Source of the DNA: Hypanus sabinus
Taxonomy: Eukaryota
Assembly (NCBI RefSeq): GCF_030144855.1
Contig: NC_082710.1
Location: forward strand, 149,234,001 to 149,298,000
DNA: 64,000 bases
Direction of reading: 5' to 3'
The notes below the pieces were generated by a model, which was not told the origin of the DNA, made no database searches, and saw only the letters and a list, made by a program, of their open reading frames with translations. Shown one piece after another: positions 12,630-25,719 of this stretch (the stretch's first letter is position 1; every line of letters starts with the position of its first letter). Both the position numbers and the translations under genes were made by a program.

Positions 12630-13200
12630 AGCTTCAGTTAAGAGCTGAGTTTGAATTCTTTCTTGTAAGACTCCACAAATTTAACGATCTGTCGGTGCAT
12701 CCGTAAGCCCATTTCCGAAATACTAGTTTCTTCTGTTCAGCCACATACAGTGAAATGGATTCTCCTGCTTTTTGACTCTGTTTATAAAACCTAAAGAGTT
12801 CTGTAATCAACAACATCTTTGGTTCTAAATATTCCTGCATTCCTTTCACAATATCAGCAAAGCTCATTTCTGCCGGTTTGGTTGGAGCAAACATTATGCC
12901 TTTAAACCCTGACCCCTGAATTCTTCTGTGTTTTCTGCCTGTTTTAAATGGTCTGTCTCTGCTCATGCTGTGCTGTTTCTTTCACTCGCTGTTCCTCGGT
13001 GAGCTTCAACAGGTCGGTAGCTATTGTTATATTTCGTAAATTCAAAACATTAAACCAGTTCAAAGGAAAACAAGAGAGTTGGGAGATTAGTCGTGTACTT
13101 TGTTTTGTCTTACTTTAAGCAAGGCGTGGACTTACCACGTGGTAGCATGAAGACGTGTGCAAGTCACGTATTTATAAATATAACACGTAATTAATTATTT
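12630..13200 (-). mobile_element. Gypsy gag remnant and probable LTR
   Basis: APTKPAEMSFADIVKGMQEYLEPK..ELFRFYKQSQKAGESISLYVAE (12634-12966). Confidence 0.7.
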
Positions 13201-13479
13201 AAACCAACAACAATGCTTAATACAAGGTCACTCATACTTCTGAAATACTAACTACACAACACCACACACACCCCGCTGCAATCCTGGGGACACACCACTC
13301 CAAGCTGGCTGGGAATTGTCCGGTTGACCTGCTGCCACAACACTCCTTCAGCCCCGGAGTGGCAGCAGGACACACCTGGATCTGCCAGAACGACCAGTGA
13401 GAGTAGAACTGTCTTACTGATCACACCTCTCTGTGACCTCTCCAAGATTACGCCAGCAACCAATGGACAGACAGTTCAG

Positions 13480-15178
13480 TTTTCACTAAGGAAGACACAA
13501 GCAATCTCCCAGATGTTTGGATGGGCCAAGGACATAGGGTAACAGAGGAAATGAAACAGATTGACATTAGGAAGGAAACGGTGATGAGAAGACTGATGGG
13601 ACTGAAGGCTGACAAATCCCCAGGTCCAGATGGTCTGCACCCTAGGGTACTAAAGGAGGTGGCCCTGGAAATTGCAGATGCATTGGTAATCATTTTCCAA
13701 TGTTCCTTAGATTCAGGATCAGTTCCTGAGGATTGGAGAATGGCTAATATTATCCCACTTTTTACGAAAGGAGGGAGGGAGAAAACAGAGAACTATCGAC
13801 CTGTCAGCCTGACATCAGTGGTGGGAAAGATGCTAGAGTCATTATTAAGGATGAAATAGTGGCATATCTAGATAGCAGTGATAGTATTGGGCCGAGCCAG
13901 CATGGATTTACCAAGGGTAAATCATGCTTGACTAATCTGTTGGAGTTTTTCGAGGATGTAACCAGGAAGTTAGACGGGGGAGATCCAGTGGATGTAGTGT
14001 ACCTCGATTTTCAGAAGGCATTTGATAAGGTCCCACATAGAAGATTGGTGGGTAAAATCAAAGCTCAGGGCATCGGGGGAAAGGTATTGACATGGATAGA
14101 AAACTGGTTGGCAGATAGAAAGCAAAGGGTAGCGGTGAATGGGTGTTTCTCGGAATGGCAGGTGGTGACTAGTGGGGTGCCACAGGGCTCGGTATTGGGA
14201 CCACAGCTGTTTACCATTTACGTGATGAAGGCATAGAAAATAACATCAGCAAATTTGCTGATGATACTAAGCTGGGTGGCAGTGTGACATGTGATGAGGA
14301 TGTTAGGAGAACTCAGGGTGACTTGGATAGGCTGGGTGAGTGGGCAGATACTTGGCAGATGGCGTTTAATGTGAATAAGTGTGAGGTTATCCACTTTGGG
14401 AGTAAGAACAGGAAGGCAGATTATTATCTGAACGGTATAGAGTTGGGTAACGGAGATCTCGGAGTCCTTGTTCATCAGTCACTGAAGGTGAATGAGCAAG
14501 TGCAGCAGGCTGTGAAGAAGGCTAATGGAATGTTGGCCTTTATTACAAAGGGAATTGAGTACAACAGCAAGGAAATCCTCTTGCATTTGTACAGATCCCT
14601 GGTGAGACCACACCTGGAGTATTGTGTACAGTTTTGGCCTCCAGGGTTAAGGAAGGACATCCTGGCTGCAGAGGAAGTGCAGCGTAGATTCACGAGGTTA
14701 ATTCCTGGGATGTCTGGACTGTCTTACGCAGAGAGGTTAGAGAGACTGGGCTTGTACGCGCTGGAATTAAGGAGATTGAGAGGGGATCTGATTGAAACAT
14801 ATAAGATTATTAAGGGATTGGACAAGATAGAGGCAGGAAATATGTTCCAGATGCTGGGAGAGTCCAGTACCAGAGGGCATGGTTTGAGAATAAGGGGTAG
14901 GTCATTTAGGACAGAGTTAAGGAAAAACTTCTTCTCTCAGAGAGTTGTGGGGGTCTGGAATGCACTGCTTTGGAAGGTAGTGGCGGCCAATTCTCTGGAT
15001 GCTTTCAAGAAGGAGCTAGATAGGTATCTTATGGATAGGGGAATCAAGGGATATGGGGACAAGGCAGGAACCGGGTATTGATAGGAATTGATCAGCCATG
15101 ATCTCAAAATGGTGGTGCAGGCTCGAAGGGCCGAATGGTCTACTTCTGCACCTATTGTCTATTGTCTATTGTCTATTT
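13480..15178 (+). mobile_element. 5'-truncated young CR1 LINE (RT), (CTATTGT)n tail
   Basis: ORF pieces 13521-13859, 13859-14236 and 14284-15081 (KSPGPDG, YRPVSLTS, SGVPQGSVLGP, FADD); tail ctattgt repeated at 15153-15178; same subfamily as 53132-57323. Confidence 0.95.
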
Positions 15179-15179
15179 T

Positions 15180-15562
15180 GTTTTAATGTATGAAGTCGAA
15201 TGTGTTTTAAGATTTGACAACCCCTTATACATGTTTGAAATGATTCTTCTACCATTATCTGAATTATATGCTTTTCTAAAAAGCTCTATCAAGCATGTAT
15301 TTGCCTTGGTTACATTTTTAAGCATCTTATTAACATATTGTCGCATCTGTAAATACCGATAAAAATCTTGTTTTTCCAATAAGTGTTTCTCTTTAAGCAT
15401 TTCAAAACTGAACAGTGTTCCTTCTCTCATTATGTTGCAAAGAACTGCTATTCCTTTAGCGGTCCAGTCCTTAAATCTACCATCCAATTTATTTGGTGTA
15501 AAATATCCAGGTTCTCCAAGTTGCATGGACAACAAAGCTAAATATTCCACAAACAGATTCAC
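15180..15562 (-). mobile_element. L1 ORF2 fragment
   Basis: FKDWTAKGIAVL..FSFEMLKEKHLLEKQDFYRYLQMRQY. Confidence 0.75.
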
Positions 15563-15564
15563 AG

Positions 15565-16530
15565 GCAGCAGTCAGGAAGTGAGGATGGTGAGTGAAGATC
15601 GAAGAAGGACAGTGGGGATAATGACTACTAGATGTGACCTACCCCATCATACTCCACTTTTTGCTTCCTGCAAGGATCACTCTCACCGTGACTCTCTGTT
15701 CATGAAGAGAATGGTCCTGCCTACCTCTCCACCCACCCTCCCCTCCACTGGACACAACAGGTGGTCTCCCTATGCCCTCTCCATCACCTAAACATGCACC
15801 TAAACAACCCATCCAGGTGAAGTTAAATTCATCTGCTCCACTTCCAATCTCCTCTATTTCATTCAGTACTCCAGCCTGACTCACATCAGCGAGATTGAGT
15901 GACAGCCATTTAACGGTGTGCCGTGCCCTGTTCATACCAGCCACCCTGAGCTTTCAATTCCTGTCCTTTCACCCCACACAGCTGGTTCGTCTGTACAGTG
16001 AGCTTCCACATTTCAGGTAATCAGTCCCCTCAGTGTTCCCGTCTCATTTTGTCTTGCATTCTATCTCCCGTTGCTCAATCCCTTCAGCCTCTTTATCCAG
16101 TCTGCCTCTCTCCCCCAGCCCACTCTAATCCCATCTGCCCATTGTTAGTGGGTAATAGATAATAACTAGGGGTAAATACACATATTTACCTGGCGTTCTC
16201 CTCCTTTGGCCAACCCTCCCCATTACTTCTGCCATCTGGTTCCATCTGCCCATCACCCCACCCTCCTACGGTTCTACCTATCATTTGTCCCAGACCCCAT
16301 CAGGCCATTTCCTCTCCCTTCACCTGGTTCAACCCGTCAGATACCAGCCCCTGCCTCACCCTTCGCTCTCGCCCCTCAGCCCTCTCAATCTCAAGATACT
16401 GACGATCCCTCTCCTTCCACGGAAGCTCACGCTCACGAGATGAAGGTCTCGGCGCGAACTGGTCACACTTTTCCATCGATGCTGTCTGGTCTGCTGATTT
16501 CTTCCTGCGTTTTGTGTGTGTTCCTTCCAC
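15565..16530 (+). mobile_element. Old Penelope-derived sequence upstream of promoter A
   Basis: Decayed PLE C-terminal and 3' UTR sequence; homologous to 50540-51650. Confidence 0.6.
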
Positions 16531-16719
16531 AGAAGCTGCTCGCCCAGCTGATTTGTTTTAATCAGGTTAATTTTCTCCTCCAGAGTCATCCTCCCCAGTC
16601 TGTGTGTCCCGGGGTCTCAGGGTCTGTGTCCCCGGGATCTGGCCCCGATGTCTGTTCCCGGGTCTGTGACATCGGGACTCCGTCTCTCCCTTCCGTCCCC
16701 ACACTTGTCATGTCTGTTC

Positions 16720-16860
16720 CAGACTCCGCTCTCGCCCCCCTTCCTGGCAACAGATGACTCTGCATTCGGCTCTTTTTCTGATTGGACAGATGCGGATACG
16801 GTCAATTTAATTTCCAAATGATGACTTGTGGTCACTCCTGCCCAGAGGCTAATGACGTTA
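16720..16860 (+). promoter_or_regulatory. MHC class I gene A promoter: X1-X2-Y module plus a second X1/X2-like box
   Basis: CCTGGCAACAGATG 16743-56; TGACTC; CTGATTGG 16778-85 (21-nt spacer); CCCAGAGGCTAATGACGTTA 16841-60; aligns to 58786-58907. Confidence 0.8.
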
Positions 16861-17043
16861 AATAGAGGCACATTATGTTTAGTCTGGGGGTATCGCGCGG
16901 ACTGATCTGCATACAGTTCGGGGATGAATTTGACGGACGCCGCATAGAGTCCGTGGATCGTTAGGGGTCGGTGAGCCGAGGGGTAATGGGATCGCACTGT
17001 GCAATGGAGGAGGACTTGGAACAGCGCTGACCGGGAGGGAATA

Positions 17044-17095
17044 ATGATGCTGCGTCTGCTGCTGCTGGCCCTCCTATGTGGAGGGGTCTCCGGAG
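17044..17095 (+). CDS. MHC class I gene A exon 1 (signal peptide MMLRLLLLALLCGGVSG)
   Basis: ATG, hydrophobic leader, phase-1 donor G|GTGAGT, SXY module upstream, paralogous exon at 59066. Confidence 0.9.
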
Positions 17096-17399
17096 GTGAG
17101 TGAGGTGTCAATGGTCAGCGGGACATTCAGACTCTGGTCAGTCAGTGAGAGGGCGGACACAGGGTAACAGTCCCAAGGCAAGGTGTGAGGGTCCCACAGC
17201 ACCCAGCCTGAGCTCAGTGGGTTCAGTTTTGGGGAGGGGAGGGGAGAGGGGGCTGCAGTTCATCTGGTCCGGGTAACTTATGTACCCTAAGGTCTTTTAG
17301 CGTTTTGAGCACCTTCTCAGTAACTGCACTCACTTCTCTCGCTCACACCCTTCAACATCTGGCACACTGCTAGTGTCTTCCACAGTGATGACTGATACA

Positions 17400-19950
17400 A
17401 AACACTCATTTAGGAGATTGCAGATGAACTAAGAATTTGTTAGCGGCGGCAAAAGTGGAGGCCAGGTCATTGGGTGTATTTAAGGCAGAGATTGATAGAT
17501 TCTTGATTGGAAATGGCATCAAAAGTTATTGGGAGATGGCCGGGGAGTAGGGCTGAGGATGGCAAAAAAGGACCAGCCATGACTGAATGGCAGAGCAGGC
17601 TCGATGGGCTAAATGGCCTAATTCTGCTCCCATGGTCCTATGGGAACCCCTGCGGAGATTGTACATGGGAGATGACATCGGGCGAGAAGCGCAGAGGGAT
17701 GGGTTAACTGAGTGGGAGGGTGATCAGCCAGAAGTCATTGTCCATGTAGGTATCAATGACATGGATAGGATGTGTGATGAGGTTCTGCAAATGGAGTTCA
17801 TAGAATTAGGAGCAAAGTTAAAGGTCAGCACCCCTAGTTTGTGATCTCAGGACTGCTACCCATGCCGTGTGCTAGTGAAGCCAGATCGAGGAAGATGGTA
17901 CAGTTTAATACATGGCTAAGGAGTTGGTGTTGGAGGGAGGGCATAAGGTTTTTTGGATCTTTGGGCTCTCTTCCAAGGAATGGGGGACCTGTATAGAAGG
18001 GATGGTTTGCACCTGAACTGTGGGGTGGTGGGGGTGGGTGTGGGTGGGGAATAATATCCTAGCAGGAAGGTTTTTTAACACAGAATGGTAAGGTTTAAAC
18101 TAGAGCTGCAGGGGGATGGAAACAGTGTGACAGACCAAATAGTGGACAGGTTTTAGAGACAGATATTGGTAAGACCTGAACAAAAGTAAGAATCAAAAGA
18201 TTGATTATCATGTGACTAGTGCCCTAAGCCTCATATATTTCAATGCAAGAGCACCGTAGGAAAGGCAGATGATAGTGCTATAGATGACGTAGTTGGTTTA
18301 CAAACACAGGCAATTTGTAGTGACGGGAGACTATTAACTGGGCAAAGTTTCAGTCAACAGGGTGAGTTGCAACGTAATAGGTAGACAAAATCAGATATAT
18401 CAGTATTATACTGGAGTAAAAGGAATTATATCAGCGTGAGAAAGGAGCTGGTCAGAATTGATTGGAAAAGCACACAGGCAGGGATGTCAGCAGAGCAATT
18501 CAGAAAGCACAGGATATATACATACCGAAGAGGAAGGAGTATTCTGGAGGAAAGATGACACAACAGTGGCTAACAAGAGCAGTCAAAGCCCACATGAAAG
18601 CCAGAGAGGGCACGTAACTGAGCAAAATCGTAGTGGGAAGTTAAAGCAATGGGAAACTTTTAAAAATCAACAGAAGGCAACTAAAAAAAGTCATTAAGAA
18701 GGTAAAGATGGAATACGAAAGTAAACTAGCCAATAATATTAAAGAGGATACCAAAACTTTCTTCAGGTACATAAAGTGCAAGTGCAAGTCAAAGACCAGG
18801 GTGGATATTGGGCCATTGGGAAATTACACTGGAAAGGTATTAATGGGGGGGAAATGAAATGGTGAACAAACCTCATGCCCCCTGAATAAGTATTTTGCAT
18901 CAGAGTTCACCGGGGAAGACCCTAATAGTATGGTGGAATTTCCATGTGTCAGTGTGTGAAGTTACCATAACTAGACTGAAGGTTCTTGGGAAACGGAAAG
19001 GTCTGAACACAGATAAGTCACCTGGACCGGATGGTGTACACCCCAGAGTTCTCAGAAAGGTGGCTGAAGAGGTTGTGGATGCATTAGTAATGACTTTCAA
19101 GAATCACTAAATTCTGGGTTGGTTCTGGAAGACTGGAAAATTGCAAATGTCTCTTCACTTCTGAAGAAGGGAGATAAGCTGAAGAAAGAAAACTGTGGGC
19201 CAGTTAATCTGACCTCAGTGGTTGTGAAGATGTTGGGGTTGATAACGTGGTTCAGTTTGGGAGGTTGAACAAGGAAACTATGTGAATGACTTACATGTAC
19301 ATGCTATGTGAAGGACTTACATAGTGAATGACAAGAATTTGCTGAGGAGTGTGGAACAGGAGTACAAATACCTTGTTCCATGAACGTGGCAACACAGGCA
19401 GACAAATAGTTGTACACGGGTGGTTTCCAGGCTGGGGATGAACCAGGGTTGGTTTGGTGAGTTTCCATAGTTTTAACGTGTGAACCTCCAGGAGCGGCCT
19501 AGACTGAGTGTAGAGGAGACCAGAGACGAGAATGGAGTTGAACAGAAATTCATCGCTTGTGGATTGGTTTATTGCATAGGGTGTTGAAATAACTACTGAG
19601 TTTAGATTTGAAAGTCTCCCAGGTACCAATTCCAACTGCACAACGAGGTAGTTTGTTCCATGTGTTCACAACTCACGTGTAAAGAAATTCTTCCTGATGT
19701 TAGTCTGAAATCTCCCTTTAACCAGTCTCCACCTATGGCCCGGTGTCCTTGTTGGTGGATGAATTCTGAAAGCGCAGCTGGCATCCACCTTACTTATGCC
19801 CTGAATGATTTTGAACTCTTCTATCATGTCTCCTCTCATTCAGCGCTACTTAGGCTAAAAAGATTTAATTCTTTCAATGTTTCTTCATAGCTCATACCCT
19901 GCAGATCTGGAGTGAGTCTAGGTCTCATCCAAAAAACAAATTAGGATCCC
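17400..19950. mobile_element. Stacked decayed CR1 fragments in intron 1 (3' end, esterase-type ORF1, APE/RT; both strands)
   Basis: QPEVIVHVGINDM..ELGAKLK; NTDKSPGPDGVHPRVLRKVA; CR1 3' UTRs. Confidence 0.7.
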
Positions 19951-20904
19951 CTTTCCTGGCCTCAGTTTCTCCTTTCCAGGATCCAATTTATATCAAATCA
20001 AAAGAGATCAATCTCCTTAACTCCAACCATATACATTACTGGAAGATGTAACAGAGGACCTGTTGCTCCCTGTTTCCAACCAAACCTTACCGCTGGGTGA
20101 ACCTGGGGGAGCTAGCAGGTTGCCCAACAGTCGTTTTGACCTTTTGTATTTTGCAGTTTTCTTCTCGGTGTGTTTATTCATTGGAGCCTTCGTGATCGGA
20201 TCAGCCGGTCGTTCATGTGGAAGTCCCTTATTCTTTTTTGATTGGGTTGGCTTGATCAGGGGCATCCCCGCACGGTTACCCATTTTACATATACTCTTAC
20301 TGAATTAGTAGTACTCTATGCTCTATGTTTCTATATATATGTTCCTCTATATTTAAGAGGAAGTTAGATATGGCCCTTGTGGCTAAAGGGATCAGGGGGT
20401 ATGGAGAGAAAGCAGGTACATGGTTCTGAGTTGGATGATCAGCCATGATCATATTGAATGGCGGTGCAGGCTCGAAGGGCCGAATGGCCTACTCCTGCAC
20501 CTATTTTCTGTGTTTCTATGTTTCCAACTGTACTTCATAATCAGATAATTACCATAAACAGATACCTGGGACCCATTAAATTTCATAAAATATTTTATCT
20601 ATTAGGTCTATTCTGCTTCTCCCAGTTTCCTTCTTGTTCTTACTGGAACTCAGGAACTGGTCGCTGGCTGGTTAGGGACAGTCTTCCTCACGTCTCACCC
20701 TGGTCCTGGTCTTAACTCCCGTCTTTCAAGGAAGTCTCATAGATACTGTATCAAATTCTTCCCAATGGGCCAATTGCTTGGTCAAGGTTCAGTGGGATCC
20801 CACATATAGGATTCCCATCTTTGTTGCCAGAATGTTAGGGGAATTTTATTTCCACACCAGACTCGGACCCATGTATTCAGGAGACTCTTTATTCAATGTT
20901 ACAC

Positions 20905-21215
20905 AGAGAGACAATAGACAATAGACAATAGGTGCAGAAGTAGACCATTCGGCCCCTCGAGTCTGCACCGCCATTCTGAGATCATGGCTGATCATTCACT
21001 ATCAATACCCAGTCCCTGCCTTGTCCCCACATCCCTTGATTCCCCTATCCACCAGATATCTATCTAGCTCCTTCTTGAAAGCATCCAGAGAATTGGCCTC
21101 CACCATCTTCCGAGGCAGTGCATTCCACACCTCCACAACTCTCTGGGAGAAGAAGTTCTTCCTCAACTCTGTTTTAAATAACTGACCTCTTATTCTCAAT
21201 CCATGCCCTCTGGTA
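20905..21215 (-). mobile_element. CR1 3' end, young subfamily
   Basis: (ACAATAG)n at about 20909-20931 is the reverse of the CTATTGT tail; FKTELRKNFFSQRVVEVWNAL. Confidence 0.9.
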
Positions 21216-21689
21216 TGGATTGAGACATCCCTCCTGAGAGCAGGAGCTGTACCTTTGGTTGCAGAGAGGTCCTTTAGATATCATACAGGACATGCAAGCA
21301 GTATGGTTACATGTTTGAACAGGAACTTTAGTGATAAAACAGGAACTTTACCCCAGACATTGCTCAAGTGAATACATACACATAGAAACCCTCAAGTTAC
21401 ATAGTCTTGTGATTTACACACAGTCTTGTGACTGGCACCAGCAGGGAAGTACCTGATTTCTGCTGGTCTATGCATTAAGCAGTGTAGACATGCAATTCTT
21501 TAGTCACACCAAGGTATGAACCACAAGTCTGGCAAAATTCATTCACATTTGCATTAATTTTTTTTTTTTTTGTATGTTATATACTTTATATTCAAAGAAA
21601 AATCAAATGGAAATGAGAATGTTGAGATTACCAAATAAAGTCTTACAATTCTTGGCGACAGTACAGGAAATGAGGTCGAATTTGTAGAA

Positions 21690-22900
21690 AAAGCTGATCT
21701 GCAGGATGTCTTCTGTGCCTTTCACTCCGCACCGAGTGCTGCTGATCTACTCCGGTGTCAGACCCGTCATTTGCATTAAATTTCATCTGCCATTTATCTG
21801 CCCACATCTGGATTTTGTTTAGATCTAAGAATATTGATTTTGCTGCCTGAATATTATCAGCCTGTCCCCCTAATTTTATGCCATTAGCAAACTTCACTAG
21901 TTTATTTGTTATGTGCTTATCCAGATCATGAATGTAAATTCAAGAACAGCAGCAGCCCCAAGAACCGTTCCATGTGGAACCCACTTTTAACACCTTCTTG
22001 GTGTGAAAATGATTCTCTCACCATAACTCATTTTTTTTCCGTTTTTGAGCCAATTCTGTGGCCATTCACACACCTGACCCTGAATCCTACCTCCTGTAAT
22101 TTGATTATTAACCTGTTGTGAGGTTCCTTGTCAAAAGGCTTCTAAAAGTCCAATGATACCAACTGCTCTATTGTTGTCATAAATTTGAATTGCCTCTTCA
22201 CACAGCTCCAGCATAATAGTTAAACATGATTTCCCCTTTCTGAACTGATACTGGCTTTCTGCCAACATGTGTGTTCTTATCAGCTGCTTTTCTAACTCAT
22301 TCTTTATTATTGGTCCCATAATCTTATGTGTGAAACATGTTAACCTTACTGGTCTGTAGTTACCGGAGCAGTACAGTCACCCTTCTTATATACTGGGACG
22401 ATGTTAGCCCATTTCAAGAACTCAGGGATCTCACCAGTCTTCAGTGACTTTTGAAAAATGCATGTTTGAGGGTTTGTACATATAATCACAGATGCTTGGA
22501 TATATGTTGTCTGGCCCTGGAGATTTATTAACGTTTATCCTTTTCAGCTGAAGCAGGACCTCACTCTCTAAGATCTCTAAATCATTTTAAACAACTTTAT
22601 TTTTCTCCACACTTACTAACATATTACTAACATCTTTGCAGCTAAAATCTTTAGCAAAATATCAGTTAAGAATATCCACGATGTCCTTCTCTGCATAATT
22701 TAATATAATTTATATTAATAAATTTAATAATTTATTTCTATACATTTAACTTCCTTTTCCTTTTCTACTAAAGTACTGAAAAAATCTCTTGGGGTCAATC
22801 TTAGCATTCATTATCAGCAACATCCTTTTCAACCTGCCTTTTGGCAATCAAATTCCCTCTTAGCTATAGCTCTTGTATTTTCCTATGCCCTATGGTTAAC
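21690..22900 (-). mobile_element. Decayed CR1 RT fragments
   Basis: KFANGIKLGG..WADKWQMKFNA; ESQYQFRKGKSCLT. Confidence 0.65.
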
Positions 22901-23079
22901 ATCATTATTAGTTTTCCTGTATTCATTATATGGCTGGCTTTTATTCAATAATTTATGTATATACTTGCCCAAAAAACTTTCATGATGTCCTCTCCCAAAA
23001 AACTTTGTGACGAACAATGTTATAATCACTCGTTCCTAAAGGTTCAACAACTTCTGTACTCAAAATTCTATCCTGATTG

Positions 23080-25700
23080 TTCTAGTTGTGAGCTGAATGT
23101 CGAAGGTTACATGTTTTATCACGGGGATTGGAAAGTAGGCAGAGGGGGTGGTGTGGCTCTGCTGGTAAGGAATGGCATCAAATCAGTTGGAGGATGTGAC
23201 ATAGAATCTGAAGATGTTGAATCCTCGTGGATTGATTGAAGATACTGCAAGGGTAAAAGGACCCCTATGGCAGTTATATACAGGTCTCTGAACAGTAGCT
23301 GTGATGGGGACCACAGATTACAATGGGAGATAGAAAAGGCATGTCTAAAGGGCAATGTTATAATAGTCACGGGAGAGTTTAACATGCAGGTTGATTGGGA
23401 AAATAAGGGTGGTAAAGGATCCCAAGTGAGTGAGTTTGTTGAATGCCTATGAGATGGCTTTTCATAGAGAAGCTTGTCAGTGAGTTGACTAGGGGATCAA
23501 CTATACGGAATTGGGTGTTATGTAATGAACTGGAGGCGATTAGGGAGCTTAAGCTAAAAGAACCCATCGGAACCAGTGATCATGACATGATTGAGTTCAA
23601 TTTGAAATTTGATAGGGAGAAAGTAAAGTCTGATGTAGCAGTATTTCAGTGGAGTAAGGGAAATTACAGTGGTATGAGAGAGGAGTTGGCCGAAGCAAAT
23701 TGGAAGGAGCTGCTGGCATGGGTGTCAGCAGAGCAGCAATGGTGTGCGTTTCTGGGAAAAACAAGGAAGGTGCAGGACATGTGTATTCCAAAAATGAAGA
23801 AATACTCAAATGGCAAAATAGTACAATCATGGCTGATGAAGTCAAAGCTATTGTAAAAGCAAAAGAAAGGGCATACAACAGAGCAAAAATCAGTGGGAAG
23901 ACAGAGGATTGAGAAGCTTTTAAATACATACAGAGAGCAACTAAAAAAATCATTAGGAGGGAAAAGATGAAATATGAAAGCAAGCTAGTAAATAATATCA
24001 AAGTGGACAGTAACTGTTTTTTCAAGTATGTCATCATGGTTTCCTGAAGGGAAAATCTTGTCTGATGAACCTGTTGGAATTCCTTGAGGAGATTACAAAT
24101 AGGATAGATATAGGGGATGCACTGGCCACTGTATATTTGGGCTTACAGAAGACCTTTGACAAGGTGCCACACTTGAGGCTACTTACCAAGTTAAGAGCCC
24201 ATGATATTACATGAAAGTTACTGGCATGGTTAGAGCATTGGCTGATAGGTAGGAGGTAGAGGGTGGAAATGAAAAGATCCTTTTCCCGTCGGCTGCCAGT
24301 GAGTAGCATTCCGCAGGGGTTGTGTTGGGACCGCTTCTTTTTATGCTGTATATCAATGACTTATATGATGGAATAAATGGCTTTGCGGCCAAGTTTGCAG
24401 ATCTTATGAAGATTGGTGGGGGGTGGGGGGCAGGTACTGTTGAGGAAGTAAATAGGCTGCAGAAGGACAGAGAGATTAGGAGAATAAACAAGAAAATAGC
24501 AAATGAAATACAATGTTGGAAAATGCATGGTCATGCACTTTGGTGGCAAAAGTAAATGTACAGACTACTTTCTAAATGGGAAGAAAATCCAAAAACCTGA
24601 GATGCAAACAGACTTGGGAACCCTGAAGGTTAACTTGCAGGTTCAGTCTGTGGTGAGGAAGACAAATATAATGTTAGTATTCATTTCAAGAGATCTTGAA
24701 TACAAGAGCAAGGTTGTGATGCTGAGGCTTTATAAGGCACTGGTGAGGCCTCACTTTGAGTATTGTGAACAGTTTGGGTTCATCATCTCAGAAAAGATGT
24801 GCTAGCATCGGGCATTGGAGAGGGTTCAGAGGAAGTTCACAAAGATGATTGGGCATTGGAGAGGGTTCACAGGAGGTTCACAAAGATGATTGGGCATTGG
24901 AGAGGGTTCACAGGAGGTTCACAAAGATGATTGGGCATTGGAGAGGGTTCACAGGAGGTTCACAAAGATGATTGGGCATTGGAGAGGGTTCACAGGAGGC
25001 TCACAAAGATGATTGGGCATTGGAGAGGGTTCAGAGGAAGTTCACAAAGATGATTGGGCATTGGAGAGGGTTCAGAGGAGGTTCACAAAGATGATTGGGC
25101 ATTGGAGAGGGTTCAGAGGAAGTTCACAAAGATGATCGGGCATTGGAGAGGGTTCACAGGAGGTTCACAAAGATGATTGGGCATTGGAGAGGGTTCACAG
25201 GAGGTTCACAAAGATGATTGGGCATTGGAGAGGGTTCACAGGAAGTTCACAAAGATGATCGGGCATTGGACAGGGTTCACAGGAAGTTCACAAAGATGAT
25301 TGGGCATTGGAGAGGGTTCACAGGAAGTTCACAAAGATGATTGGGCATTGGAGAGGGTTCACAGGAGGTTCACAAAGATGATTGGGCATTGGAGAGGGTT
25401 CACAGGAAGTTCACAAAGATGATTGGGCATTGGAGAGGGTTCACAGGAGGTTCACAAAGATGATCGGGCATTGGAGAGGGTTCAGAGGAAGTTCACAAAG
25501 ATGATTCCAGGAATGAGAGGGTTAGCATGTGAGGAACATTTGTTGGCTCTGGGCTGTACTTGATACAATTTAGAAGGATGGTGGGGGAAGGAATCTCATT
25601 GAAGCCTTTCGAATGTTGTAAGGCCTGGACAGGGTAGATGTGGAAAGGATGTTTCCCATGGTGATTTAGGACAAGAAAACACAACCTCAGGGTAGAGGGC
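23080..25700 (+). mobile_element. CR1 APE-RT, rearranged, carrying an internal 41-bp tandem array
   Basis: RGGGVALLVRNGI; GEFNMQVDWEN; LDLVLCN-like..SDH; FAAKFAD; LVRPHFEYCEQF. Confidence 0.85.
24811..25506 (+). repeat. 41-bp minisatellite, 17 copies, derived from CR1 RT sequence
   Basis: Unit gggcattggagagggttcacaggaggttcacaaagatgatt; CR1 resumes at ccaggaatgag (25507). Confidence 0.95.
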
Positions 25701-25719
25701 CAGTAAAATCGACCTCAGG

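Noticed and set aside
16430-16470. Hammerhead-like remnant upstream of promoter A
   Set aside because: Core is degenerate (no CUGANGA, GAAC instead of GAAA).
5472-25506. The 48-bp and 41-bp arrays as CRISPR-like
   Set aside because: Head-to-tail units with no unique spacers, no cas genes, and a vertebrate context.
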